Shown one piece after another: positions 12,179 through 23,905 of a DNA stretch of 64,000 nt. This DNA comes from Octopus bimaculoides. Its lineage: Eukaryota. The translations under genes were made by a program, and so were the position numbers. The notes beneath the pieces are model-generated. The model saw only the letters and a list, made by a program, of their open reading frames with translations, was not told the origin of the DNA and searched no databases. Position 1 is the first letter of the stretch, and the number at the start of each line of letters is the position of its first letter. The stretch lies in assembly GCF_001194135.2 (NCBI RefSeq), contig NC_068985.1, positions 83,393,982 to 83,457,981 on the forward strand, in the 5' to 3' direction.

Positions 12179-12609
12179 TACACATACATATTTTTCCTCT
12201 TTCTCATATTCACACCATCGGGCAAGCATATGCACACATACAAATACTTAAACACGCATACACGCATACATGCTTTCATTCTTCCTTAGTTCCTCTCACT
12301 CCTCGTTTTTTTACACATACAAATTTGCATGCATATGCACATAAAATACTAATTCTCTCTAAACTCACATATGCAAACACACACACACACACACACATAC
12401 ATACAGACATAGATACACAGAACATTTGAACACTTTACCCCTTCCTTTAACACCACCACCCGCTTCTGCATCCCAGTTGTCCCACTCTCTTACCTTCTCT
12501 GTTCTATACAATACCATATTTCGTAAGTCTTTAAATTGAATAATCCTAATTCTTTGTCGCTTAGATCAAAACGCAAATAAATTCTAATGCCTCAGAAATA
12601 GCAGAAAGT

Positions 12610-12612
<3 letters not shown>

Positions 12613-12665
<53 letters not shown>
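12613..12665. repeat. (GA)n microsatellite
   Basis: Direct inspection. Confidence 0.95.
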
Positions 12666-12670
<5 letters not shown>

Positions 12671-13079
12671 GAGAGAAAGACAAACAGAAATGATTTTCAG
12701 ATCTATTAAAATGATAACCAGCCAGGCAGCCAGCCAACCAGCCTAGCTTATGAAACCAGTGGATCTGTATGTTACTTTTAGTGCAAAAAACTGCTTCCAT
12801 ACACCTCTTAAATTATCCCTTACCATCTTGAAAATAAAGGGCTACTTTGGATAACGTGGTCCTAGATCAACAGTGTCCAAGAGAAGAACTTTGCTGTTGT
12901 AAGCATCACACATGGTCTTTTTGATAGAATGCACCCATAACTAAAAGACTCTAACTGTTATTTGCCAGCAAATATTGTTTAGTTGGTAGTATTACCATGC
13001 TTTCACTAATTGCTTTAGGTAGCTGTACCACCCTTGAGCCCACAAAAATACCTGGGATGTGACTGACGGAGAGAGAGCA

Positions 13080-13250
13080 GAGGGCTGCATCAGCACTTGG
13101 CTGGTACAGTACTCATTTACACTTAGCCTTAAACTAACATGAAATGAAGTGCTTTGGTCAAGTATGCAACATCCTACCTAGTCCAAAAATTGAACCTATG
13201 ATATTATAATTATGAGAGACAAATACCCTCACCGTCAGGCCACATACTGT
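13080..13250 (-). mobile_element. Degenerate CORE-like tRNA SINE
   Basis: Reverse match to the head and core of 38291-38630 (atgaaatgaagtgctttggtcaag...caggccaca). Confidence 0.5.
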
Positions 13251-13388
13251 CACATAAGAACGTTTGCGTATCAATTGTTATTTAGAATATATAGCAAAGT
13301 TAGAAATATGTGTTTAGGTGCAGGCGTGGTTATAGGGTAAGATGTTTGCTTCCCAATCACAAACCACATGGCTCTAGATTTAGTCCCA

Positions 13389-13484
13389 TGTGTGTGTGTC
13401 TGATCAATAGGTATCCAGACTGTGTGTGTGTCTGATCAATAGGTATCCAGAATGTGTGTGTGTCTGATCAATAGGTATCCAGAC
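13389..13484 (+). repeat. 32-bp tandem triplication of the mariner left TIR tip
   Basis: (tgtgtgtgtgtctgatcaataggtatccaga[c/a]) x3. Confidence 0.9.
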
Positions 13485-14326
13485 TGTTGCCATACTAACA
13501 AAGCTGAAGCAAGCAGAACAAAGCTGCTTGTCAAAGATTGACCTTGAACTCTGCTGTGCATGCGCATTAAGTTTTAACATTCTAGTTCACTTCTGCTGTT
13601 TATAGTAGTGCTTGGAAGGAAGGTGTGTAGTGTGTGATCATCACATTGACCATGACAGAGAAAGTTGTCATGGCAATACCTGCTCAGAGGCTTGTACAAA
13701 GTTGCAGAAAGTATATGGAGAGGAGTGTATGAGCCACACACAAGTATGCGAGTGGTTCAGGCATTTCCAAGATGGCCAAAAGAATATCGATATTGATAAA
13801 CACTCTAGGAGACCCATAACCAGCAGAACTGAGAAAAAACATTGCAGATGTTTTTCTTAGTTATCAGAGAGTTATCAGAGGATGTGCAGGTTTGTTACAT
13901 TTCAGTTCAGTCCATTATCACTGAAGATTTGGGTATGAGATCTGTGTCTGCCAAGTTTGTGCCAAAACAGCTTTCAGCTGACCAAAAATACACTCGGATT
14001 TCAGTTGCACAAGATCTCCTTGATTGTGTCGAGAACCATGAAACCTTTTGAAAAATTTGCATAGACCCCTCAGCAGGTATTGCCAAGCCTTTGGCAAAAC
14101 TTGATGCAGATTCTCTCCTAACTTTCTCTGTCATGGTCAATGCAACAATCACACGCTACACACCTTCTTTCCAAGCACTGCTGTTAGCAGCTGAAGTGAG
14201 CTAGAACATTAAAACTTAGTGCACATGCACCAGCAGAGTTCAAGGTCAATCTGTGCCAAGTGCTTCACTTTGTAAGCTTTAGCTTCGTTACTGTGGCAAC
14301 AGTCTGGATACTTATTGATCACACCG
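13460..14326 (+). mobile_element. Non-autonomous mariner derivative with ~260-bp inverted arms (two 5' ends), encoding a decayed DNA-binding domain only
   Basis: 13460-~13715 is the reverse complement of ~14050-14326, and both arms include the transposase start ATGACAGAGAAAGTT. The centre encodes KLQKVYGEECMSHTQVCEWFRHF..HSRRPITSRTE and EDLGMRSVSAKFVPKQLSADQK. TA follows at 14327-14328. Confidence 0.88.
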
Positions 14327-15555
14327 TATGTGTGTGTGTGTCTTTGACTGTACTTGTCCCCTATCACAGCTCCACGACCAGTTTTGGTGCGTTTACATCC
14401 TCATAACATAGTGGTTTGGCAAAAGAGACCAAAAGAATAAGTACCAAACTTTAAAGAACAAAAGTACTGGAGTTCATTTGTCCTACTAAAATCTTTTAAG
14501 GCACTGCCCCAACATGGCTACAGTCTAATGACTGAAACAGATAAAAGATAAGATACCTATTCAGCCTTGACACACTAGTCTCTCATATGCATTGAAGATA
14601 TGAGTGAGCTGTAAGAGAAAACATTACATATTCTCAAATTCGACTGAGGTCGACTTTGCCTTTCATTCTTTCAGGGTCGATAAATTAAGTACCAGCTGCA
14701 TACTAGGATTGATCCAATCAACTGGCCCCCTCCCCGAAAATTCTGAGACTTGCGTCTAGAGTAGACCTCAGAGGTCACTCCCGTTTACCATTACCAACAC
14801 CGTCACTACTACTACTACTACTACTGCCAACAATTCAAGTCAATGCACTAGACCGCCATTATGTCCCCACACAAAAAAAAAACCACTCCCACGTGGACTA
14901 TGTTGACACCAGTAAGAAACAATTATGAACTTTTCTTTTAATTGCATTTATTAAAAAAAGTATGTATTTTTGATAAGCTTTGTTTTTTCAAGAACCAAAA
15001 CATGTAAAATATCTCTGAGACAGTTATAAATTAAAATTTATTTTATATAGTGGCGTTTTCAANNNNNNNNNNNNNNNNNNNNNNNNNNNNNNNNNNNNNN
15101 NNNNNNNNNNNNNNNNNNNNNNNNNNNNNNNNNNNNNNNNNNNNNNNNNNNNNNNNNNNNNNNNNNNNNNNNNNNNNNNNNNNNNNNNNNNNNNNNNNNN
15201 NNNNNNNNNNNNNNNNNNNNNNNNNNNNNNNNNNNNNNNNNNNNNNNNNNNNNNNNNNNNNNNNNNNNNNNNNNNNNNNNNNNNNNNNNNNNNNNNNNNN
15301 NNNNNNNNNNNNNNNNNNNNNNNNNNNNNNNNNNNNNNNNNNNNNNNNNNNNNNNNNNNNNNNNNNNNNNNNNNNNNNNNNNNNNNNNNNNNNNNNNNNN
15401 NNNNNNNNNNNNNNNNNNNNNNNNNNNNNNNNNNNNNNNNNNNNNNNNNNNNNNNNNNNNNNNNNNNNNNNNNNNNNNNNNNNNNNNNNNNNNNNNNNNN
15501 NNNNNNNNNNNNNNNNNNNNNNNNNNATTTATATTATTATTATTATTATTATTAG

Positions 15556-15595
<40 letters not shown>

Positions 15596-15889
15596 AAAAG
15601 AAAAAGGAACAAAACACTTAAAAGACTTTGGAAAATAACTGACCTGACAAATGTACCTTTTCATATCTACATATCTGTCTAATTTTCTTTCTATACAATT
15701 AGATTTCTCATCAATATATGTATTGTTTTGTTTGTGGATAATTATTATGAATAATTATCAATACATCTCATCTAATTATCCATCAATCTGTATGTTTGTT
15801 TAACCATCTATCTACTTATCTGTCTGTCAGTTCATCTCATGCATGTATGTATGTTTGCATGTATGCATGTCTGTGTTTATGTATGCATG

Positions 15890-16007
15890 TATCTATCTAT
15901 CTATCTATGTCTCTCTCTCTTCCTCTTTCTCTTTCCCTTTCTCTGTCTATGTCTCTATCTATCTATCCATCTATCTATCAATCTATCTACCTTTCTCTTT
16001 CTCTCGC

Positions 16008-16058
<51 letters not shown>

Positions 16059-16130
16059 GCCTATCTATCTATCTATCAGTTTGCATATTTAGCCTGTTCT
16101 ATCTATCTGTCTGTCTGTCTGTCTGTCTGC
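15890..16130. repeat. (ATCT)n/(GTCT)n tetranucleotide microsatellite
   Basis: Direct inspection. Confidence 0.92.
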
Positions 16131-17027
16131 TTAACCAACCACCCACCTGCCTACCTACCCATCTCTCTCTTTCTCTTTACTCACCTATATACTCCTGACC
16201 TACTATCATCTATCTATCATATAAGTCTGTTTCCCTTACACTGTTTCCCTAATTCTGTCCTACTTCTTTTTTCCATTTATGTTTTTATTTCTGTTGGCTT
16301 GATTGATTGTTTTGAAGGGTTTTTTTGCTGAAATTTTGTTTTATTTAATTCCACCCCCTCCTTTTACTTTTTAAAGATATTTTCCTTACCCTTCCTTACT
16401 AATTTAACATGATATCCCGTAATTAAAACTGATCTCTTAAGACTTAAGATATTGATATTTATGTATAATTATCAAACCTTATAGATATGGTTTCAAAAAG
16501 ATTTATTATATCAATTTTAAAGTAATTAGTAATGCTATCTCATTCAGGTGATTTATAATTATTTATTTTTGTACTTCAATTACATGTAATTACAAATATT
16601 TATATTATAGATACTGAGGTGTATGTCTTAGTGCCAAAGTGGAATTTTGGGATAAAATGTAATTTTTATGAAGGAACTCATCTGGAAACTAGAGCACCGA
16701 TACTTTCAGACATAATTTTTTATATGCATGCATACAAGAACACATGCACACACACACACACGCGCGTGCATGCACACACACACACACACACACACATGCA
16801 CACATGCATAAGTGCAAGCATGATTGTGTGTAAAAGAAATTAACTTGGTACTCACTTGTGGTTTTTAGATTCTATTACTGTGGGCCTGGGTCTTCTACCA
16901 TCACCATGAACTGATAAATGCTTTGTGAATAAAACAGGCAAACAGAAAATGTATGGAAGCCCTTCATATATAAGTTCATTTGACGAGCCTATGAAATTTT
17001 GAATTACATGGAGCCAAATCAAACCAT

Positions 17028-17071
<44 letters not shown>

Positions 17072-17139
17072 NNNNNNNNNNCACACATGCACATACATAT
17101 ATATGTGTGATTGCATTTATGTACATGTGCATGAATATT

Positions 17140-17650
17140 TTTATGGTTTCAAATTCTAGCTCAAGGCCACCAATATCAGAGGTGTGGGCTAAGTTGATTA
17201 AATTCACCCCAGTGCTCACCTGGTACTTATTTTATGAAGCCTGAAAGGATAAAAGAAAATGTTGATTCCACCAGCATTTGAACCTAGAATGTAAAGATGA
17301 ATGAAATGCTGCTAAGCATTTTGCCCAGCATGCTAGCAGTTCTGCCAACTTGCTACTTTAAGAAAGTTAACCTCAGTGAGATTTGAACTCAGAATGTTAG
17401 GAGCTGGAAGAAATACAGCTAAGCATGTTGACTGATGTGCTAATGACTGTGCCAGTCAAATAGCTGCTTTTCAAATTTTGGCACAAGGCCAGCTAGTTCA
17501 GGAAGTACATGAATCAATTGGTACTTATTTTATCAACTCCAAAAGAATAAAAGACAAAGTCGACCTTGGTGGAATTTGAACTCAAAGCATAAAAAAGGAA
17601 TGAAATGCCACTGAGCATTTTGCCCGGTGTGGTAGTGATTCTGCCAGCAC
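17140..17650 (-). mobile_element. Cluster of three SINE family A copies (one partial)
   Basis: Three reverse-oriented heads, each with tttgaa(c/a)ctc/tag..gctaagcat. Confidence 0.75.
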
Positions 17651-17785
17651 CAGCACCAGTTTGTTGCCTTGATGTGGGCATGGATATTGACATTTCTCTG
17701 TCTTCAGATGAGACCATTTGCACAAAAGAACCATCATGTCATGTTTACATTCCCTGTGAACATTATGTCTCCCATAGCTATGTGT

Positions 17786-18045
17786 AGAGGTGTGTGGTTT
17801 AGTGGTTAGGGTATTGGACTCCTGATTATAAGATTGTGATTTCAATTCCTGGACTGGGCGTCACATTTTGTTCTTGAGCAAAACACTTTATTTCATGTTG
17901 TTCCAGTTCACTCAGCTGACAAAAATGAGTAATCCTGTAATGGACTGGTATCCCATCCAGGTGCAGAATATATACACCATGAAACTGGGAAACTGACCCT
18001 TGTGGATCAGCATAACTCAAGAGGGTAACATTACTTTATCTATAG
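17786..18045 (+). mobile_element. CORE-like tRNA SINE with an alternative 3' tail
   Basis: Head tggtttagtggttagg...tttcaattcc. Core tgttcttgagcaaaacactttatttcatgttgttccagttcactcag is shared with 38291-38630. The tail gatggactggtatcccatccagg differs. Confidence 0.75.
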
Positions 18046-18206
18046 CTATGTGTTTTTAATGTTTAGTGAAGTACAATCAGTTAAATGTTGTTGACAGGAA
18101 GAACATCCAGCTGTAAAGTTGTGCCTCAAATAAGTATTCATCCAAATCATACCAGCAAGGGGAAATGGTCATGCAAATAAACTAACAAATGAACGCACAA
18201 ACATAT

Positions 18207-18243
<37 letters not shown>

Positions 18244-18244
18244 G

Positions 18245-18505
18245 GTTTTGTTGTTGTGTGTACCTTTGTTTTGCTCGACATTATATGTGTAACTGAACAT
18301 CACCATCACAAATGCAATATTGATCCCTTCTAGTCTCCCATGGAAACTTATCTGGCCATGGCAAACATTAGCTTACTTGTAAACAGGTAAGGGTTGGTCA
18401 CAAGAAGAGCATTCAGTCGTAGAAAATCTGCCTCAACTGTTTCTGTTCTGGCCCATCAAAGCATGGTAAAGTAGATGCTAAATTATGATGTTGATGATGA
18501 TGATG
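18245..18505 (+). mobile_element. SINE/LINE fragment ending in an RTE-type tail
   Basis: ggttggtcacaagaagagcattcagtcgtagaaaatctgcc...gcatgg...atgatgttgatgatg. Confidence 0.55.
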
Positions 18506-19377
18506 TGTTGTGTGTGTGTGTGTGTCTGTGTGCGTTCCATACATTGATAAGTGCCAATGCATGAAACTCTAGGCCCTTGAGTCACTCTGTTACTTCTGAT
18601 GATAATGAATAAAAAATGCATGTATACTCATATTTTTAACTTTACTTTCTTTTATTTTCCTGTCCAAAGCTATATATATATATAATTGTCTATCTATTTA
18701 TCTATCTATCTATCTATCTATCACTCCATGCATACATACATGCATACATACATAAACACACACATGCATACATGCATACATACACATATGTCATTCTTAT
18801 CTCAGAAAATGATGATGTAAGAGTCATATTTCTGTGTTTCAGATACAAATTCAAACAATCAAAAAATTCATCAGACACAAAGGAAATCCTACTTCAGTAT
18901 TACTGAAGCAGATTTCATATGTATGATTATGAAAAAAAAAAGAAAAAAAATCTTTGGTGTGATAATCATTATCTCCTAGCATCCCAGAATAGCATCATAA
19001 ATAACCTAATTTATATCAACATAGAATCACAATGTATGTATATTATTTCAAGATTGTACATAAGCAGAAAAGTGAATCTAATTTAGATAGTATAAATATA
19101 TATGTTGTACACTATCCATTTTTTTAACAAATAATTTGAGATTAAAAATGAATGACAAATCCTTTGACAATATCTTCTATACATTATTTAACTGGATATT
19201 ATATATATATATATATATNNNNNNNNNNNNNNNNNNNNNNNNNNNNNNNNNNNNNNNNNNNNNNNNNNNNNNNNNNNNNNNNNNNNNNNNNNNNNNNNNN
19301 NNNNNNNNNNNNNNNNNNNNNNNNNNNNNNNNNNNNNNNNNNNNNNNNNNNNNNNNNNNNNNNNNNNNNNNNNNNNN

Positions 19378-19417
<40 letters not shown>

Positions 19418-19433
19418 CATGTATACACACACA

Positions 19434-19464
<31 letters not shown>

Positions 19465-20719
19465 GTACATACATAGGCTGTCTGGATATTATGGAGATGT
19501 TAGAGGTGAGTATGTGTAGTGTTAAGAAATGGTGAGACCACATAGAAATAGAGAGTGTGAGGTAGGTCAGCCGATGGGGGAAGGCGTTGTGAAATGTGTC
19601 TAAAGAAATAAATGGCGATAATGGAATATAAACTAGTAAAGAAACACAGGAAGAGAGAAAGGGAGAAAGAGAAATAGGCAGATACTGTCAATATTAATAT
19701 GTGTGTATGTGAGAGAGAGAGAGAGAGAGAGAGAGGAAGGAAGATAAAGAATGACAGATCATACACTATTCCTGAGAAGAGAGTGAGAGAGAGAGAGAGA
19801 GGGAAGGAAAGAGACTGTGTGTGTGTTTTTATATAAAATAAAACTGATTTAAGGAAAATATTGAGAAAGGAAAAGAAAACAATGGTGGTCCTTTGTTAAC
19901 AGGGAAGCACAGTGGCCCTTAAAATGTTGTACATATATACATACATTCACACACATACACACACACATGTTTACATATATATATATATAAACATCTGCAT
20001 GTGCTTCTGTTTGTGTGTGTATGTGTGTGTGTATGACAGTAGAGGTTAAGATGACAATGGAAGGGAGAAAGGCTTGGAAGTGTTTCCACAGGAAGTTGTT
20101 GTGGTTCAACCCATAATCAAATTGTACCACAAACCTGAGAAATGTGTAACTCAACCAAAAGCACGTGCTTATGCAGGAATCCTGACACATGTCCACAACA
20201 CTGTAATACAGAAGTGATAATATACAAGACAGAGGTACTCTTTGTAGATTCATCATAGTAGAAATACATAAACATTATATAGGCATCACAAATGGAAAAT
20301 TCTATCGAAGATTTTATAACCATATATCTTTTTATAAATATATACGTAAAAAGAACACAAAAGTTGCCAACCACAACTGAAATTTAAATGAAACGTTTTT
20401 GGGTTATAGTATTAAGTAAAAAATTTTGGACAGATCCTGATCCTAATGAATTAGAAATAAAAGGTGTAACTGAGCACAGTAGGTCTTTATAACCTTCATT
20501 GAGAAGATGTGTATTTAAATGCTAGATCAGAGATAATCAATAAATGCAAACACTTTAGAAAGCAGGTAATATGCAACAGGGAAATTCCACATTCACCCGG
20601 CTAAAATCACATATATGCACAGGTACAAGATATTGCTTTAACTTAGCTTTACTTTGCTCCCGAGTTTACACCTATTCCTTTACTCTGCACCCGAGTTTAC
20701 ACCTATTCCTTTACTCTTT

Positions 20720-20894
20720 TACTTTCTTTTATTCTTTTACTTGTTTCAGTCATTTGAATGTGGCTGTGCTGGAGCACCACCTTTAGTCGAACAAATCGAC
20801 TCCAGGACTTATTCTTTGTAAGCCTAGTACTTATTCTATCTGCCTCTTTTGCCACACACCAGCATTGTTTGTCAAGCGATGTCGGGGAACACAC

Positions 20895-20940
<46 letters not shown>

Positions 20941-21090
20941 GATGGTCTTCTTCCAGTTTCCATCTACCAACTCCATTCACAAGACTTTGGTCAACCCGAG
21001 GCTATAGTAGAAGACACTTGCCCAAGGTGCCACGCAGTGGGACTGAACCCAGAACCATATGGTTGGTAAGCAATCTACTTACCACACAGC
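20720..21090 (-). mobile_element. SINE family B, full length, with internal (CA)n/(TA)n
   Basis: The tail ttcttttacttgtttcagtcatttga, the microsatellite at ~20885-20938 and the head gggactgaacccagaaccatatggttggtaagcaatctacttaccacacagc are all present. Confidence 0.88.
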
Positions 21091-21574
21091 TACTCATGCA
21101 CCTATTATTAACCTACTTTATTTTAAGATTTAGCTTACTTTACTAAACAACCTTCTCTAATTTTATTTTTCTCTCCACAACCACATCCTATGGATGGAGA
21201 TTAATTTCTTTGATCAAACTTTTTTCTCTTTCCCATCAAATTCTATCATGTATGCACACACACACACACACAGCTCTGTGTTTAAGATGTTTATTTGCAA
21301 CCTAGTGGTTTCAGGTTCAGTCCCACTACAAAATACTTTGGGTAAATGTTTTCTGCTATAGTCTTGAGACAAGTAATAGCATGTAAGCAAACTTCTTTTG
21401 TATGTATTTATGTATGTACGTTTGTGTGTGTGTGTATGCATCTTTGTGCTTGTCCCCTTCCCTCCACCACTTGACAATGGGTGTTAATGTGTTTATATCC
21501 CTGTAACTCAGTGGTTCAGTGAAAGAGACCCATAGATTACCCCAACCTGGTACTTTTTTTTTGTCTGATTTTCA

Positions 21575-21760
21575 TGTATGTGCATATGTGGTTGCGTGGT
21601 AAGAAGCTTGCTTCCCAACCACATGGTTCCGAGTTCAGTCCCACTGCATGGTACCTTGGGCAAGTGTCTTCTGCTATAGCCTCAGCCGACCAAAGCTTTG
21701 TGAGTGGATTTAGTAGATGGAAACTGAAAGAAGCTTGTCATATATATATATATATATATA
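21575..21760 (+). mobile_element. SINE family B, 5' half
   Basis: gtggttgcgtggtaagaagcttgcttcccaaccacatggttccgagttcagtccc...gaaactgaaagaagc then (TA)n. Confidence 0.85.
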
Positions 21761-21794
21761 TACGACAGACTTCTTTCAGTTTCCATCTATCAAA

Positions 21795-22018
21795 AAGGCA
21801 GCAAGCTGGCAGAAGCATTAGCGTGCTGGGTGAAATGCTTAGCAGTATTTCGTCTGCTGATATGTTCTGAGTTCAAATTCTGCCGAGGTCAATTTTGCCT
21901 TTCATCCTTTTGGGGTCGATAAATAAAGTACCAGTTACATACTGGGGGTCGATGTAATCGACTTAATCCCTTCGTCTGCCCTTGTTTGTCCCTTCTATGT
22001 TTAGCCCCTTGTAGATCG
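21795..22018 (+). mobile_element. SINE family A
   Basis: aaggcagcaagctggcagaagcattagc...gttcaaattctgccgaggtc...atgtttagccccttgt. Confidence 0.88.
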
Positions 22019-22152
22019 GNNNNNNNNNNNNNNNNNNNNNNNNNNNNNNNNNNNNNNNNNNNNNNNNNNNNNNNNNNNNNNNNNNNNNNNNNNNNNNNNN
22101 NNNNNNNNNNNNNNNNNNNNNNNNNNNNNNNNNNNNNNNNNNNNNNNNNNNN

Positions 22153-22187
<35 letters not shown>

Positions 22188-22189
22188 TC

Positions 22190-22495
22190 TTCGTCATTAT
22201 CATAATTTAATCTCCATTTTCCATGGGTGCATAATCTGACTGAAGTTAGTAAACCAGAGAGTTACACAAAGCTGCATTTGTCAGTTTTGGCATGGTTTCT
22301 ACCACTGGGAGCCCTTCCCTAATACCAACCACTTCAAAGAGTGTACTGGCTGCTTTTTATATGGAAACAGCACAGGTGCTTTTAGCATGACACTAGCACA
22401 AATGCTTTTCATATGGTACCAGTACAGATGCTTTTTATGTCGTGCCAGCACAGGTACTTTATTTGACACCAGGAGAGGTACTTCTAATATAACAC
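22190..22495 (-). mobile_element. RTE LINE 3' UTR
   Basis: The (CAT)n end and gtgctttt short repeats match 61805-62400. Confidence 0.7.
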
Positions 22496-22535
<40 letters not shown>

Positions 22536-23599
22536 ACACGCACACACACACACATGTACATATATACAATCAGTTTCTTTCAGTTTTCATCTACTAATTC
22601 CACTTAGAAGGCTTTGGGCTATTCGAGGCTATCATAGAGGACACTTACTTGCCTANNNNNNNNNNNNNNNNNNNNNNNNNNNNNNNNNNNNNNNNNNNNN
22701 NNNNNNNNNNNNNNNNNNNNNNNNNNNNNNNNNNNNNNNNNNNNNNNNNNNNNNNNNNNNNNNNNNNNNNNNNNNNNNNNNNNNNNNNNNNNNNNNNNNN
22801 NNNNNNNNNNNNNNNNNNNNNNNNNNNNNNNNNNNNNNNNNNNNNNNNNNNNNNNNNNNNNNNNNNNNNNNNNNNNNNNNNNNNNNNNNNNNNNNNNNNN
22901 NNNNNNNNNNNNNNNNNNNNNNNNNNNNNNNNNNNNNNNNNNNNNNNNNNNNNNNNNNNNNNNNNNNNNNNNNNNNNNNNNNNNNNNNNNNNNNNNNNNN
23001 NNNNNNNNNNNNNNNNNNNNNNNNNNNNNNNNNNNNNNNNNNNNNNNNNNNNNNNNNNNNNNNNNNNNNNNNNNNNNNNNNNNNNNNNNNNNNNNNNNNN
23101 NNNNNNNNNNNNNNNNNNNNNNNNNNNNNNNNNNNNNNNNNNNNNNNNNNNNNNNNNNNNNNNNNNNNNNNNNNNNNNNNNNNNNNNNNNNNNNNNNNNN
23201 NNNNNNNNNNNNNNNNNNNNNNNNNNNNNNNNNTATATATTTATATATATATATACATACACACACATATGCACTCACACTTGTGCTGATCATGGCATTA
23301 TGACAGTATGCATACCTGTGCCTGTATGTGTGTGTGTGTAACACAGAGTAAGGGGTGTTTGATTGATTAAAGCAGAATTAAGAATTTCTTGTGCTTACTT
23401 CTTGTTGCTTTATGAAACAAAATACAAAAAAAAAAAAACAATACAAAAAATACCCAAAACAAACAGACGAAACAAAATGTTTATTAGTGAAAAATATTTA
23501 CTGTTATTAATTTGTTTGTTTGCTTTTGAAGGTGGTGAGGGGGTCTCCTTCCCTCCCTTTTTTTATATCGAAATCTTTCATTCTTACAATTTACTTCTC

Positions 23600-23646
<47 letters not shown>

Positions 23647-23869
23647 TTGTGAAAATTACACAAAATGTATTTCTTTCTTGATTTATATATTTTATTTATG
23701 TTTTTACTTTGTTTTTTTTTAATTTTAATTTTTCTTTCATATCGTATTTGTCTATAATCTCCATATTATTTTGATCAATGTGTTTAGCTGAATTACGTTC
23801 ATTATTATTTTGAATAAAAATTAGTACTGCAAGAAAAACTGACATTTTTTAGTCTCTCTCGCTCTTTCC

Positions 23870-23905
<36 letters not shown>

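Larger units (their letters stand above)
13310..14555 (+). mobile_element. SINE family B (head 13310-13390, 3' half 14330-14555) interrupted by a mariner derivative
   Basis: Head gtttgcttcccaatcac..accacatgg..ttagtccca; tail gcaaaagagacc...cagtctaatgactgaaacagataaaaga. Confidence 0.7.

Noticed and set aside
20135-20200. 66-nt minus-strand exon candidate
   Set aside because: The splice signals are plausible but the peptides are unrecognisable and no compatible neighbouring exon could be established.
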